Assembly (NCBI GenBank): GCA_002269645.1
Contig: NIVC01001247.1
Coordinates: 34,928 to 98,927, forward strand
Direction: 5' to 3'
DNA from: Macrostomum lignano
Taxonomy: Eukaryota
DNA length: 64,000 bases
Part shown: piece after piece, positions 1 through 12,945 of the stretch
Layout: each line of letters opens with the position of its first letter
Numbering within the stretch: position 1 is the first letter of the stretch
Notes under the pieces: model-generated
What the model saw: only the letters and a program-made list of their open reading frames with translations
Told to the model about the DNA's origin: nothing
Database searches by the model: none
Translations under genes and position numbers: made by a program

Positions 1-520
1 GATCGACTGCTGACCTTGACTGCTGCTCTGACTGCCGTCTGTCTGGCTGTGTCTGTCTGTTTGTCTGTCTGGCTGTATCTGTCTGTCTGTCTGGCTGTGT
101 CTGTCTGTATCTGTCTGTCTGTCTGTCTGGCTGTGTCTGTCTGTCTGTCTGGCTGTGTCTGCCTGGCTGTGTCTGTCTGTCAGTCAGTCCGTCTGTCAGC
201 CTGTCTGTCTGTCTGTTAGCCTGTCTGTCTGTCTGTCCGTCTGTCTGGCTGTCTGTCTGTTAGCCTGTCTCTGTCTGTCAGCCTGTCCGTCTTTCTGTCT
301 ATTAGCCTGTCTGTCTGTCTATTAGCCTGTCTGTCTGTCTGTGTCTGTCTGTTTGTCTGGCTGTCTGTCTGTCTGTCAGTCCGTCGCTCTGTCAGCCTGT
401 CAGTCTGTCTGTGTGTCTGTCTGTCTGTCTGTCCTTCTGTCAGTCTGTCTGTGTATCTGTCTGTCTGTCTGTGTGTCTGTCTGTCTGTCTGTGTGTCTGT
501 ATGAGTCTCTAACCCCAACT
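1..520. repeat. Degenerate (GTCT)n microsatellite
   Basis: Near-continuous gtct/ctgt repeats; ORFs 16..550 are VCLS/TDRQ translations of the repeat. Confidence 0.95.
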
Positions 521-1460
521 GCTACTATTCAAGATATCTGTCTGTCCTAATTTCCCCGTGTCTTAGTGTCCTTATAGCGTCTGCCTTAGTGCTGCCGTAT
601 TTACGGGTATATCATTGTGATGAAAATTGCAATTCAAAAAAAATTTGATGCAATTTTGAATTTTTAAAAACTTCTTTTTTCTGCAAAAAACTGAAGAGGC
701 CGCTTTTTTAGTCGGTCACTACAAAAAATATTGTTATAAATGGTTTTATTTTCTGGCTAAAAGCCTATGAGCTGTCTGTGAGCTTATTATCTCACATTTT
801 GCTACCCAGATCATATTAAAGTGCAAATTCAGACTTCAACGAGAATTTCATCGCTTTAAAACAATATGCTTGAAGCGTTTGCTTTTAGCATTCGCATAAG
901 CCAGTTTTTCTTCAGTATCGAATTATCGAAACGACAAAAATTTCTGAAAATGCATGCGACCTACTGTAAGTAGCACAGTGACCAAATTTTGATAAAATAA
1001 ATAAATATTCAAGGCAAAACTTTCTTGAAATATTTAACTTTCCTTCTTAATAAAAATTATTCATTAAGACTTAAGTTTAAAAGCTCAACGCGCATCATTA
1101 AGTGAATTATTGATTTTTATCTATCCAAAAACAACTTTTAACAATGGTAATAATAACACAGCGAATGCATGCAATTAATCAATCAATATATCGATTTTGG
1201 TACAGCACTGACAGCCAGATCAATGCTATTATTGTCCAGTTACAAGTAGACTCAGAATTAAAAAAAGGTAATAACATTTAAGTTGACCGGTAAAGTTTTT
1301 GTAAATTGCTAATTCATGGTAGCTAGCATTTATAGTCATAATAAATAAACAATAAACAAATAGAATATAATATGAATTATTAATACGCTTGTATTAGACT
1401 GAAGCTTTTAGTATAGTGGATTTTATTGGTGACTTGGAGATCTAAGGAGAAATAGGATGT

Positions 1461-3795
1461 AGGGATTTGAGGGGATCTAGGGGTAGATTCTCTGGGAATT
1501 TGAGGGGATCTAAGGGTAGATTCTCTGGGAATTTGAGGGGATCTAAGGGTAGATTCTCTGGGAATTTGAGGGGATCTAGGGGTAGATTCTCTGGGAATTT
1601 GAGGGGATCTAAAGGGTAGATTCTCTGGGGGATTGAGAGGATCTAAGGGTAGATTCTCTGGGGGATTGAGAGGATCTAAGGGTAGATTCTCTGGGAATTT
1701 GAGAGGATCTAAGGGTAGATTCACTGGGGGATTGAGAGGATCTAAGGGTAGATTCTCTGGGGGATTGAGAGGATCTAAGGCTAGATTCTCTGGGAATTTG
1801 AGGGGATCTAAGGGTAGATTCTCTGGGAATTTGAGGGGATCTAAGGGTAGATTCTCTGGGAATTTGAGGGGATCTAAGGGTAGATTCTCTGGGAATTTGA
1901 GGGGATCTAAGGGTAGATTCTCTGGGAATTTGAGGGGATCTAAGGGTAGATTCTCTGGGAATTTGAGGGGATCTAAGGGTAGATTCTCTGGGAATTTGAG
2001 GGGATCTAAGGGTAGATTCTCTGGGAATTTTAGGGGATCTAAGGGTAGATTCTCTGGGAATTTGAGGGGATCTAAGGGTAGATTCTCTGGGAATTTGAGG
2101 GGATCTAGGGTAGATTCTCTGGGAATTTGAGGGGATCTAAAGGGTAGATTCTCTGGGGGATTGAGAGGATCTAAGGGTAGATTCTCTGGGGGATTGAGAG
2201 GATCTAAGGGTAGATTCTCTGGGAATTTGAGAGGATCTAAGGGTAGATTCACTGGGGGATTGAGAGGATCTAAGGGTAGATTCTCTGGGGGATTGAGAGG
2301 ATCTAAGGCTAGATTCTCTGGGAATTTGAGGGGATCTAAGGGTAGATTCTCTGGGAATTTGAGGGGATCTAAGGGTAGATTCTCTGGGAATTTGAGGGGA
2401 TCTAAGGGTAGATTCTCTGGGAATTTGAGGGGATCTAAGGGTAGATTCTCTGGGAATTTGAGGGGATCTAAGGGTAGATTCTCTGGGAATTTGAGGGGAT
2501 CTAAGGGTAGATTCTCTGGGAATTTGAGGGGATCTAAGGGTAGATTCTCTGGGAATTTGAGGGGATCTAAGGGTAGATTCTCTGGGAATTTGAGGGGATC
2601 TAAGGGTAGATTCTCTGGGAATTTGAGGGGATCTAAGGGTAGATTCTCTGGGAATTTGAGGGGATCTAAGGGTAGATTCTCTGGGAATTTGAGGGGATCT
2701 AAGGGTAGATTCTCTGGGAATTTGAGGGGATCTAAGGGTAGATTCTCTGGGAATTTGAGGGGATCTAAGGGTAGATTCTCTGGGAATTTGAGGGGATCTA
2801 AGGGTAGATTCTCTGGGAATTTGAGGGGATCTAGGGGTAGATTCTCTGGGAATTTGAGGGGATCTAAAGGGTAGATTCTCTGGGGGATTGAGAGGATCTA
2901 AGGGTAGATTCTCTGGGGGATTGAGAGGATCTAAGGGTAGATTCTCTGGGAATTTGAGAGGATCTAAGGGTAGATTCACTGGGGGATTGAGAGGATCTAA
3001 GGGTAGATTCTCTGGGGGATTGAGAGGATCTAAGGGTAGATTCTCTGGGAATTTGAGGGGATCTAAGGGTAGATTCTCTGGGAATTTGAGGGGATCTAAG
3101 GGTAGATTCTCTGGGAATTTGAGGGGATCTAAGGGTAGATTCTCTGGGAATTTGAGGGGATCTAAGGGTAGATTCTCTGGGAATTTGAGGGGATCTAAGG
3201 GTAGATTCTCTGGGAATTTGAGGGGATCTAAGGGTAGATTCTCTGGGAATTTGAGGGGATCTAAGGGTAGATTCTCTGGGAATTTTAGGGGATCTAAGGG
3301 TAGATTCTCTGGGAATTTGAGGGGATCTAAGGGTAGATTCTCTGGGAATTTGAGGGGATCTAAGGGTAGATTCTCTGGGAATTTGAGGGGATCTAGGGGT
3401 AGATTCTCTGGGAATTTGAGGGGATCTAAGGGTAGATTCTCTGGGAATTTGAGAGGATCTAAGGGTAGATTCACTGGGGGATTGAGAGGATCTAAGGGTA
3501 GATTCTCTGGGGGATTGAGAGGATCTAAGGCTAGATTCTCTGGGAATTTGAGGGGATCTAAGGGTAGATTCTCTGGGAATTTGAGGGGATCTAAGGGTAG
3601 ATTCTCTGGGAATTTGAGGGGATCTAAGGGTAGATTCTCTGGGAATTTGAGGGGATCTAAGGGTAGATTCTCTGGGAATTTGAGGGGATCTAAGGGTAGA
3701 TTCTCTGGGAATTTGAGGGATCTAAGGGTAGATTCACTGGGGGATTTGAGAGGATCTAAGGGTAGATTCTCCGTGGGGATTTGAGAGGATCCAAG
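1461..3795. repeat. 33-bp minisatellite (GGGAATTTGAGGGGATCTAAGGGTAGATTCTCT)n, about 70 units, with recurring blocks of variant units
   Basis: Unit read directly; it yields the 11-aa periodic ORFs GNLRGSKGRFS / PENLPLDPLKF. Confidence 0.95.
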
Positions 3796-4295
3796 GGCGT
3801 ATTAATTGTCACTATGCCATATAGCTATAGGTCACGGATGATGAGTACAATAAGCGAAATAACAAAACAGAAGCGGTTTTTATATTCAGCAAAGAATAGC
3901 ACAGCTGCATAGAACATGAATTGCTGTGACGAATGCAAGCCACCGCGCCGGCTTGAAATTCACTAAATAAATTAAATATTTTATTTATTTATTCCCCACA
4001 GGAATAGGTACTTCTAGGAATTAGTTTGCTATATTTGTAAAAAAGACAAACAATCAAAATCAAACAGCTTTTGTTCTATCATCAGCAAGTCAAGTAAAGT
4101 GGTTTTAAAAAAAAGCAAATAAAAAAATTACGAACAAACACACTTTGTTCAAAACGCGAATTTTTCAAGACTTCTTCTTTTATACATTTTCAAAGGCTCT
4201 TATAAATCGTCGGGCATAGATAATGATATTGTTATTTTTTTATTTTTGCCAATAAAAACTTGAGGCAAGATGGATGAACTACTCGTGTGATCGTT

Positions 4296-7200
4296 TCATT
4301 TGATCTTCTTAGCTTCAGCGTGACCGTTCGCGGCGGCATGATGTCCATTGGAGACTGAGCCAGTGCCATTCTTCTCTTTGGACTGCAATTATTTTTGTTG
4401 TGCAAGAATTTTAATGTTTGTTAGTCTTCACTAATCCCAAACCTTTCCTAATCCCAAACCTTCTATAATCCCGGATCTTCACTAATCCCAGATCTTCACT
4501 AATCCCAAAACTTCCCTAATCTCAAACCTTCCCTAATCCCAAACCTTCCCTAATCTCAAACCTTCCCTAATCCCAAATCTTCCCTAATCCCAAATCTTCC
4601 CTAATACAAAATCTTTCCTAATCCCAGATCTTCACTAATCCCAGATCTTCACTAATCCCAAGTCTTTCCTAATCCCAAATCTTCCTTAATACAAAACCTT
4701 CCCTAATCCCAGATATTTACTAATCCAAAACCTTCCTTAATCCCAAACCTTCCCTAATCCCAGATCTTCCCTAATCCCAAATCTTCCCTAATCCCAAATC
4801 TTTCCTAATCCTAAATCTTCCCTAATCCCAAATCTTTCCAAGTCCCAAACCTTCGATCCCTAATCGCAAATCTTCCCTAATCGCAAATCTTCTCAAATTT
4901 GATATCTTCTTTAATCATAAATTTTCCCTAGTCCCAAACCTTCGATTCCTAATTGCAAATCTTCCCTAATCGCAAATCTTCCCTAATCCCAAAGCGTCCC
5001 TGTGCTCTAATCTTCAACGATACTAAAAAAATCACTCACCTCCTGCACAGGGCGCCTAGCCGCCGGCTTGCGGTAGGCGTGATAATAGAAATTAAGAAAC
5101 AGAGTCAGGATGGAAGTGCCGTAGCCAACCAGGGCCCACATCATCCAAGACGGGAAGGAGCAGCGAGTCACCAACCCGTAGATTGCGTGCGAGATTCCAG
5201 TGACGAATTGAATCTGTAAGAAAAAACAATAACGCAATTTTAGAGCGGTGCTGCTGGAGAGTAGTATGGAAGTAGATTGGGTGAGAGTAGAGTGTGGAAG
5301 TAGTAGGTGAGAGTAGTGTGTGGAAGTAGATTGGGTGAAAGTAGAGTGTGGAAGTAGATTGGGGGAGAGTAGAGTGGAATTAGATTGTGTGAGAGTAGAG
5401 TGTGGAAGTAGATTGTGTGAGAGTAGAGTGTGGAAATAGATTGTGTGAGAGTAGAGTGTGGAAATAGATTGTGTGAGAGTAGAGTGTGGAAGTAGATTGG
5501 CTGAGAGTAGAGTGTGGAAGTAGATTGGGTGAAAGTAGAGTGTGGAAGTAGATTGGGGGAGAGTAGAGTGGAATTAGATTGTGTGAGAGTAGAGTGTGGA
5601 AGTAGATTGTGTGAGAGTAGAGTGTGGAAATAGATTGTGTGAGAGTAGAGTGTGGAAATAGATTGTGTGAGAGTAGAGTGTGGAAATAGATTGTGTGAGA
5701 GTAGAGTGTGGAAGTAGATTGGCTGAGAGTAGAGTGTGGAAGTAGATTGGGTGAGAGTAGAGTGTGGAAGTAGATTGTGTGAGAGTAGAGTGTGGAAGTA
5801 GATTGTGTGAGAGTAGAGTGTGGAAGTAGATTGGCTGAGAGTAGAGTGTGGAAGTAGATTGGGTGAGAGTAGAGTGTGGAAGTAGATTGTGTGAGAGTAG
5901 AGTGTGGAAATAGATTGTGTGAGAGTAGAGTGTGGAAGTAGATTGGGGGAGAGTAGAGTGGAATTAGATTGTGTGAGAGTAGAGTGTGGAAGTAGATTGT
6001 GTGAGAGTAGAGTGTGGAAGTAGATTGTGTGAGAGTAGAGTGTGGAAGTAGATTGGCTGAGAGTAGAGTGTGGAAGTAGATTGGGTGAGAGTAGAGTGTG
6101 GAAGTAGATTGGCTGAGAGTAGAGTGTGGAAGTAGATTGGGTGAGAGTAGAGTGTGGAAATAGATTGGGTGAGAGTAGAGTGTGGAAGTAGATAAGAGTA
6201 GAGTGTGGAAGTAGATTGGGGGTGAGTAGAGTGTGGAAGTAGATTGGGGGAGAGTAGAGTGGAATTAGATTGTGTGAGAGTAGAGTGTGGAAGTAGATTG
6301 TGTGAGAGTAGAGTGTGGAAATAGATTGTGTGAGAGTAGAGTGTGGAAGTAGATTGGCTGAGAGTAGAGTGTGGAAGTAGATTGGGTGAGAGTAGAGTGT
6401 GGAAGTAGATTGGGTGAGAGTAGAGTGTGGAAGTAGATTGGGTGAGAGTAGAGTGTGGAAGTAGATAAGAGTAGAGTGTGGAAGTAGATTGGGGGTGAGT
6501 AGAGTGTGGAAGTAGATTGGGGGAGAGTAGAGTGGAATTAGATTGTGTGAGAGTAGAGTGTGGAAGTAGATTGTGTGAGAGTAGAGTGTGGAAATAGATT
6601 GTGTGAGAGTAGAGTGTGGAAGTAGATTGGCTGAGAGTAGAGTGTGGAAGTAGATTGGGTGAGAGTAGAGTGTGGAAGTAGATTGGGTGAGAGTAGAGTG
6701 TGGAAGTAGATTGGGTGAGAGTAGAGTGTGGAAGTAGATTGGGTGAGAGTAGAGTGTGGAAGTAGATAAGAGTAGAGTGTGGAAGTAGATTGGGTGAAAG
6801 TAGAGTGTGGAAGTAGATTGGGGGAGAGTAGAGTGGAATTAGATTGTGTGAGAGTAGAGTGTGGAAGTAGATTGTGTGAGAGTAGAGTGTGGAAATAGAT
6901 TGTGTGAGAGTAGAGTGTGGAAGTAGATTGGCTGAGAGTAGAGTGTGGAAGTAGATTGGGTGAGAGTAGAGTGTGGAAGTAGATTGGCTGAGAGTAGAGT
7001 GTGGAAGTAGATTGGGTGAGAGTAGAGTGTGGAAGTAGATTGGGTGAGAGTAGAGTGTGGAAGTAGATTGGGTGAGAGTAGAGTGTGGAAGTAGATTGGG
7101 TGAGAGTAGAGTGTGGAAGTAGATAAGAGTAGAGTGTGGAAGTAGATTGGGGGAGAGTAGAGTGTGGAAGTAGATAAGAGTAGAGTGTGGAAGTAGATTG

Positions 7201-10200
7201 GGTGAAAGTAGAGTGTGGAAGTAGATTGGGGGAGAGTAGAGTGGAATTAGATTGTGTGAGAGTAGAGTGTGGAAGTAGATTGTGTGAGAGTAGAGTGTGG
7301 AAATAGATTGTGTGAGAGTAGAGTGTGGAAGTAGATTGGCTGAGAGTAGAGTGTGGAAGTAGATTGGGTGAGAGTAGAGTGTGGAAGTAGATTGGCTGAG
7401 AGTAGAGTGTGGAAGTAGATTGGGTGAGAGTAGAGTGTGGAAGTAGATTGGGTGAGAGTAGAGTGTGGAAGTAGATTGGGTGAGAGTAGAGTGTGGAAGT
7501 AGATTGGGTGAGAGTAGAGTGTGGAAGTAGATAAGAGTAGAGTGTGGAAGTAGATTGGGGGAGAGTAGAGTGTGGAAGTAGATGCCAGCAGCAGTAAAAT
7601 GCCGCAAACAAGGCCATAGAAGCACTAACCAGCTGCAGTCGGGTGAGATACCGCTTCCACCACAGGTACTTCTGGACGCTCTCCCCGAGCGAGCTCAAAC
7701 CATAGTAGCTGTACATGATGACGTGGATAAAAGAGTTCATCATAGCGCCAAAAAACGACTGACCACCTGGTACCCATTTCACTCCAATCCACCAAATTGG
7801 GAACATGGTGGCGTGATGGTAAACGTGCAGAAAACTAATTTGATTATTCTTCTTGCGCAAGACAAAGAATATAGTGTCCATAAACTCGATGCACTTAGAG
7901 AAATAGTACCACCAGAGTGCTTTGGCGATTCTTAACTCGTAAGGATTGTCAGAATAGTCAACTGGCTGGCAGAGATAACTGTAGTTTTGTTGCCATGAGC
8001 AGTATAGGAGCTGCAGTGTGGGAATTTGATAATGTTTAATTGTTTTTTTATTAACTATTAATTAGCCTGAATAGGGTGTTGGACACCATCTAATTAACCT
8101 AAGTAGGGTGTTAGACACCATCTAATTAACCTAAGTAGGGTGTTAGACACCATCTAATTAACCTAAGTAGGGTGTTAGACACCATCTAATTAACCTGAGT
8201 AGGGTGTTAGACACCATCTAATTAACCTGAGTAGGGTGTTAGACACCATCTAAATAACCTGAGTAGGGTGTTAGACACCATCTAATTAACCTGAGTAGGG
8301 TGTTAGACACCATCTAATTAACCTGAGTAGGGTGTTAGACACCATCTAATTAACCTGAGTAGGGTGTTAGACACCATCTAAATAACCTGAGTAGGGTGTT
8401 AGACACCATCTAATTAACCTGAGTAGGGTGTTAGACACCATCTAAATAACCTGAGTAGGGTGTTAGACACCATCTAATTAACCTGAGTAGGGTGTTGGAC
8501 ACCATCTAATTAACCTGAGTAGGGTGTTGGACACCATCTAATTAACCTGAGTAGGGTGTTAGACACCATCTAAATAACCTGAGTAGGGTGTTAGACACCA
8601 TCTAATTAACCTGAGTAGGGTGTTGGACACCATCTAATTAACCTGAGTAGGGTGTTAGACACCATCTAATTAACCTGAGTAGGGTGTTAGACACCATCTA
8701 AATAACCTGAGTAGGGTGTTAGACACCATCTAATTAACCTGAGTAGGGTGTTAGACACCATTTAAATAACCTGAGTAGGGTGTTAGACACCATCTAATTA
8801 ACCTGAGTAGGGTGTTAGACACCATCTAATTAACCTAAATTGGTGTAATATAAACCGAAGTAGATGAAAAATCAAGCCACTCACCTCAGAGAAGATGTGA
8901 AAATTCAAAGCCACTAATGCCACATTGTAAGCCAGCAGAGGCCAGCGCAGACTAAAGGCGGTCCGATTTGCCATAAATTTCTGACCAAAGTGCACAGCCA
9001 GCAGGTAAGCGAACATCAGCGCCCAGGTAGGCCAGTAGCTGTCCATCAGGAACCAATGCTCCACTCGTTTGTCTGGTTGAAACAAAACAAATCGTTGAAA
9101 TGATAGTTACCTGGCGTGTTCTCTACTGTTAATCGAATTTTGGCGCCATTATATTATCGAATTTTGGCGCCATTCTATTATCGAATTTTGGCGCCATTCT
9201 ATTATCGAATTTTGGCGCCATTATATTATCGAATTTTGGCGCCATTATATTATCGAATTTTGGCGCCCTTTATTATCGAATTTTGGCGCCCTTTTATTAT
9301 CGAATTGTGGCGCCCTTTTATTATCGAATTTTGGCGCCATTCTATTATCGAATTTTGGCGCCATTCTATTATCGAATTTTGGCGCTATTCTATTATCGAA
9401 TTTTGGCGCCATTATATTATCGAATTTTGGCGCCATTCTATTATCGAATTTTGGCGCCATTCTATTATCGAATTTTGGCGCCATTCTATTATCGAATTTT
9501 GGCGCCATTATATTATCGAATTTTGGCGCCCTTTTATTATCGAATTTTGGCGCCCTTTTATTATCGAATTGTGGCGCCCTTTTATTATCGAATTTTGGCG
9601 CCATTCTATTATCGAATTTTGGCGCCATTCTACTATCGAGTTTTGACGCCATTCTACTATCGAGATTTGGGGCCATTCTACTATCGAGTTTTGACGCCAA
9701 TCAACTATCGAGATTTGGCGCCATTCTACTATCGAGTTTTGACGCCATTCTACTATCGAGATTTGGGGCCATTCTACTATCGAGTTTTGACGCCATTCTA
9801 CTATCGAGTTTTGACGCCATTCTACTATCGAGTTTTGACGCCATTCTACTATCGAGTTTTGACGCCATTCTACTATCGAGTTTTGACGCCATTCTACTAT
9901 CGAGTTTTTGCGCCATTCTACTATCGAGTTTAAACGCCATGCTATTATTTAATTGTGGCGCCATTATATTATCGAATTTTGGCGCCATTCTATTATAGAA
10001 TTTTGGCGGCATTATATTATTGAATTTTGGCGCCATTCTATTATCGAATTTTGGCGCCATTCTATTATAAAATTTTGGCGCCATTCTACTATCCAATTTT
10101 GGCGCCATTCTACTATCCAATTTTCGCGCCTATTAACTGTTAGAGTTTGTTGCCTATTAACTGTTGAAGTTTGACGCCATTCCACTATCGAGTTTTGACG

Positions 10201-10461
10201 CCATTTTACTATCGAATTTTTGCACCAGTCTACAATACTATAGAGTTTTAGCGCCACTCTACCATTTTACGAGTACAATTGGGTCTTATAAGGCTATTCA
10301 AATTTTGCGTCACACTATAAATAAACCTACAACTACAAAGTGCAGAATGCCTACAGACTTAAAACAAGCCAAACAATGAAAACTTTAAGCTCACCAGCTC
10401 GAGCCAACGCCCAGTCATAGAACTGCAACAGCTCCAAGAACTTGTCTTTCACGACTTCCAT
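4296..10461 (-). CDS. ELOVL4: Very-long-chain fatty acid elongase, ELOVL4-like (298 aa, 5 coding exons)
   Basis: Exons (-): 10461-10395, 9072-8885, 8010-7630, 5213-5040, 4382-4296. All introns GT-AG with consistent phases, 897 nt total. Motifs: [26 protein letters not shown], histidine box [23 protein letters not shown]-terminal KKIK ER-retrieval signal. Subfamily assignment is from recalled similarity. Confidence 0.93.
4430..4995. repeat. About 17-bp degenerate minisatellite (CCCTAATCCCAAATCTT)n in the last ELOVL intron
   Basis: Repeated ctaatcccaaa(t/c)cttcc units between exons 4382 and 5040. Confidence 0.9.
5265..7585. repeat. 28-bp minisatellite (GTAGATTGGGTGAGAGTAGAGTGTGGAA)n in an ELOVL intron
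   Basis: About 80 units with central variants (tgtg/ggtg/gctg/gggg) filling almost the whole intron 5214-7629. Confidence 0.95.
8065..8840. repeat. 32-bp minisatellite (TAATTAACCTGAGTAGGGTGTTAGACACCATC)n in an ELOVL intron
   Basis: About 24 near-identical units containing the small hairpin GGTGT-TAG-ACACC. Confidence 0.95.
9130..10250. repeat. 24-bp minisatellite (TTATCGAATTTTGGCGCCATTCTA)n in an ELOVL intron
   Basis: About 45 units with a gradual shift in variants; source of the YYRILAPF / IIEFWRHS ORFs. Confidence 0.93.
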
Positions 10462-10894
10462 AGTGGATAATATTTGCTACTTAAAAAACGAAAATTCAGT
10501 TAGTAATTAATATCTGTCTGTATTTATTTCTAAGCCGAAACGGTTGCTCAACTGGAATGTTTAAAGATTAGTGTATAGTAATTAGTAACTGCACTACAAA
10601 AATACCTTTTTACTGTAAGAGCAAACAGCTGGAGTAAGAGAAGTAACATATAAAACTCACCCAGCGCCTATTCATATCTGTGCTTGCATGAGATTGCAGT
10701 TACGACACATTGGTAACCATGACTACCCAGAACCTCTTTCCCGCCCTAGCAGCGCGTACACTGAGCATTATTTGAGTGTACATAGTCAACTACCCCCTGC
10801 TGCCATTGTCAAATCTGCTGAGGCTGTATAGGAAAGGTATAATCTCATTGGATGAGGCTTCGATGAGACTGAGGCACTGGGAGAGAGTTAAGAA

Positions 10895-10896
<2 letters not shown>

Positions 10897-10936
<40 letters not shown>
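10897..10936. repeat. (GA)n microsatellite
   Basis: Pure GA run of about 40 bp. Confidence 0.95.
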
Positions 10937-10938
<2 letters not shown>

Positions 10939-11364
10939 AAATGCATTAAGCGTTCTGGGAATCTTGGTTGCCAATGACAACAAGACTGAATATTTTCTAA
11001 CCCTGCTCATTTTCTCTCCTAGCTGCTCTAAACGCACTCAAATGTGTACAATAACTGGCTGACTGGCCTGTGCAGTGCGTATACGTCATCACATGCTCAC
11101 AACAACTCTAGATAGTACCAAAGTAACTATGCGAGTGAACAAAAAACTACGCTTTTCGCTCAAATTAATGATAAGAATTGGCTCAAACAGTTCAAAATGA
11201 TTAATACTTGAGACAGTCAAGTCTATTATCAATCGACAGTAGTCACTGCGTCAGATAACAAAAAAATTATCGAAATCATTTGCTAATTGAATGACTTTTC
11301 ACAAGACAGAAATCACTCCGAAGTTGAGAATTAAGAATGACATTTAGTTACTCAAAGAACTCAA

Positions 11365-11790
11365 AGTCACTCATAGAACAGATGTCATTAGTACATAACT
11401 GCTCATTGAAGGACTATAGTGCAGCAGTCACTCGTATAACAGAGGTCATTAATACATAACTTCTCATTGAAAGACTATAGTGCAACAGTCACTCAAAGAA
11501 CAGAGGTCATTAGCTCATAACTGCTCATTGAAGGACTAGAGCACAGAAGTCACTCATATAACAGAGGTCATTAATACATAACCGCTCATTGAAAGACTAT
11601 AGTGCAGCAGTCACTCGTATAACAGAGGTCATTAATACATAACTTCTCATTGAAAGACTATAGTGCAGCAGTTACTCAAAGAACAGAGGTCATTAGCTCA
11701 TAACTGCTCATTGAAGGACTCTAGCAGAAATGATTCATAGAACAGAGGTCATTAGTACATAACTGCTCATTGAAGGACTAGCAGTAGTCA
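11365..11790. repeat. 61-bp tandem repeat, about 7 copies
   Basis: agtcactc...aacagaggtcattaatacataac...ctcattgaaagactatagtgcagc recurs at 61-bp spacing (e.g. 11427, 11488). Confidence 0.88.
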
Positions 11791-12754
11791 TTCAGATACT
11801 CATAAAAGGAGGTTATCAGCACATTGAATGACCACAGGGTAATAGTCAATAGCAAATCACCCATAAAGAGATAAGCTGTTATGCACTGGTCATATTGCAA
11901 AGTTGCTCCTCTTAGCAGGCACACAAATGTATAGATATGCATGCAGTCATATACCATAATCAAAAGTAAGCACTATGCATGTAGTACTTTTTATTGTCAG
12001 GCTTTACACTTTACTATGCCTTGGAGATCGGTTTTCAAAGGCATTGAATACACAAGAAGATACCAATTTAGCCCCAAAAAATCAGTGACCACACTTGAAC
12101 TTTAGCCTGGGCCAATGAGATAAAAGAGCACTATACTAGAAGACTATAGCCCTACTCAGAATTGGGCTAAGCTAGTACAGCAAAATTGAGGATAAAAATA
12201 ATAAATGTGATATAGTGACACAATGGACTTTCTAATAGTTTATTATTACAATAAATAAATAAATAAATAACAAGGCCCTTTATTTTATCCTATTAATAAA
12301 AAATGTCTTCTTAGTACCTAGAAAGTGAAATTATTGCATAATGCTTCCAAGATAATTAGTTGGCCTTGGAACAAAAATTCACTAATAACTCATTCTCTTT
12401 TATATAGCAATGGTTAGAAGGATTATTATTTATGTCTCTAATGTCGAATGATTTTTTTTATAACCTGGGCTCTAGGACTAAAGTCTAATTAGGAAAATCC
12501 ATTTTATATGTTGCACACAAAGGCAATTACTGAACTACAATTAATAGTTAGGGCCTAATCATAATACTGATAATAATAGTAGCCTATTCAAAGCTAGGTA
12601 GATTGTTTTTATTATCATATTCAATATCAATAAGAAAATAATTTATTACTATGCTTTACTAGTGCCATAGTAGCTTTTCAAACATATAGACTTAATCATC
12701 CCAAGATTTGTTTGGGTTAGGGACCCACTTTATAATGAAGTTGAGATTATAAGC

Positions 12755-12945
12755 CAATGGTTCTTAAACTTTTTTAGGCAACCTAATTTATTTATTTGCA
12801 TCATTTTTTTAATGTTTGCAACCCCTTGTTTAATCAAAATAATGCATCATTAAGTATGATATACTAACATTTCTTAGTGCTACAACCCCTAGAAAATGGT
12901 CAAGCAACCCCACTGGGAGTCTGACCCATAGGTTAAGAACTACTA
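12755..12945. mobile_element. Degenerate hAT-Charlie-like MITE
   Basis: Ends caatggttcttaaac ... ggttaagaactact resemble CAGTGGTTCTTAAAC-type TIRs. Confidence 0.5.

Noticed and set aside
1380-3784. Long ORFs (290, 445, 237, 298 aa) with 11-aa periodicity
   Set aside because: They are translations of the 33-bp minisatellite, open on both strands simply because the unit is a multiple of 3; no unique flanking coding sequence.
4430-4995. Interstitial telomere
   Set aside because: CCCTAA occurs only as part of a 17-bp unit, not as tandem hexamers.
5964-7629. 553-aa ORF and the repeat-derived tail of the 447-aa ORF
   Set aside because: The ELOVL exon ends at the GTTAGT donor (7630); the remainder is the intronic 28-bp array.
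8065-8840. CRISPR-like appearance of 28-33-bp repeats (here and elsewhere)
   Set aside because: Units are head-to-tail with no unique spacers, there are no cas genes, and the context is eukaryotic introns.
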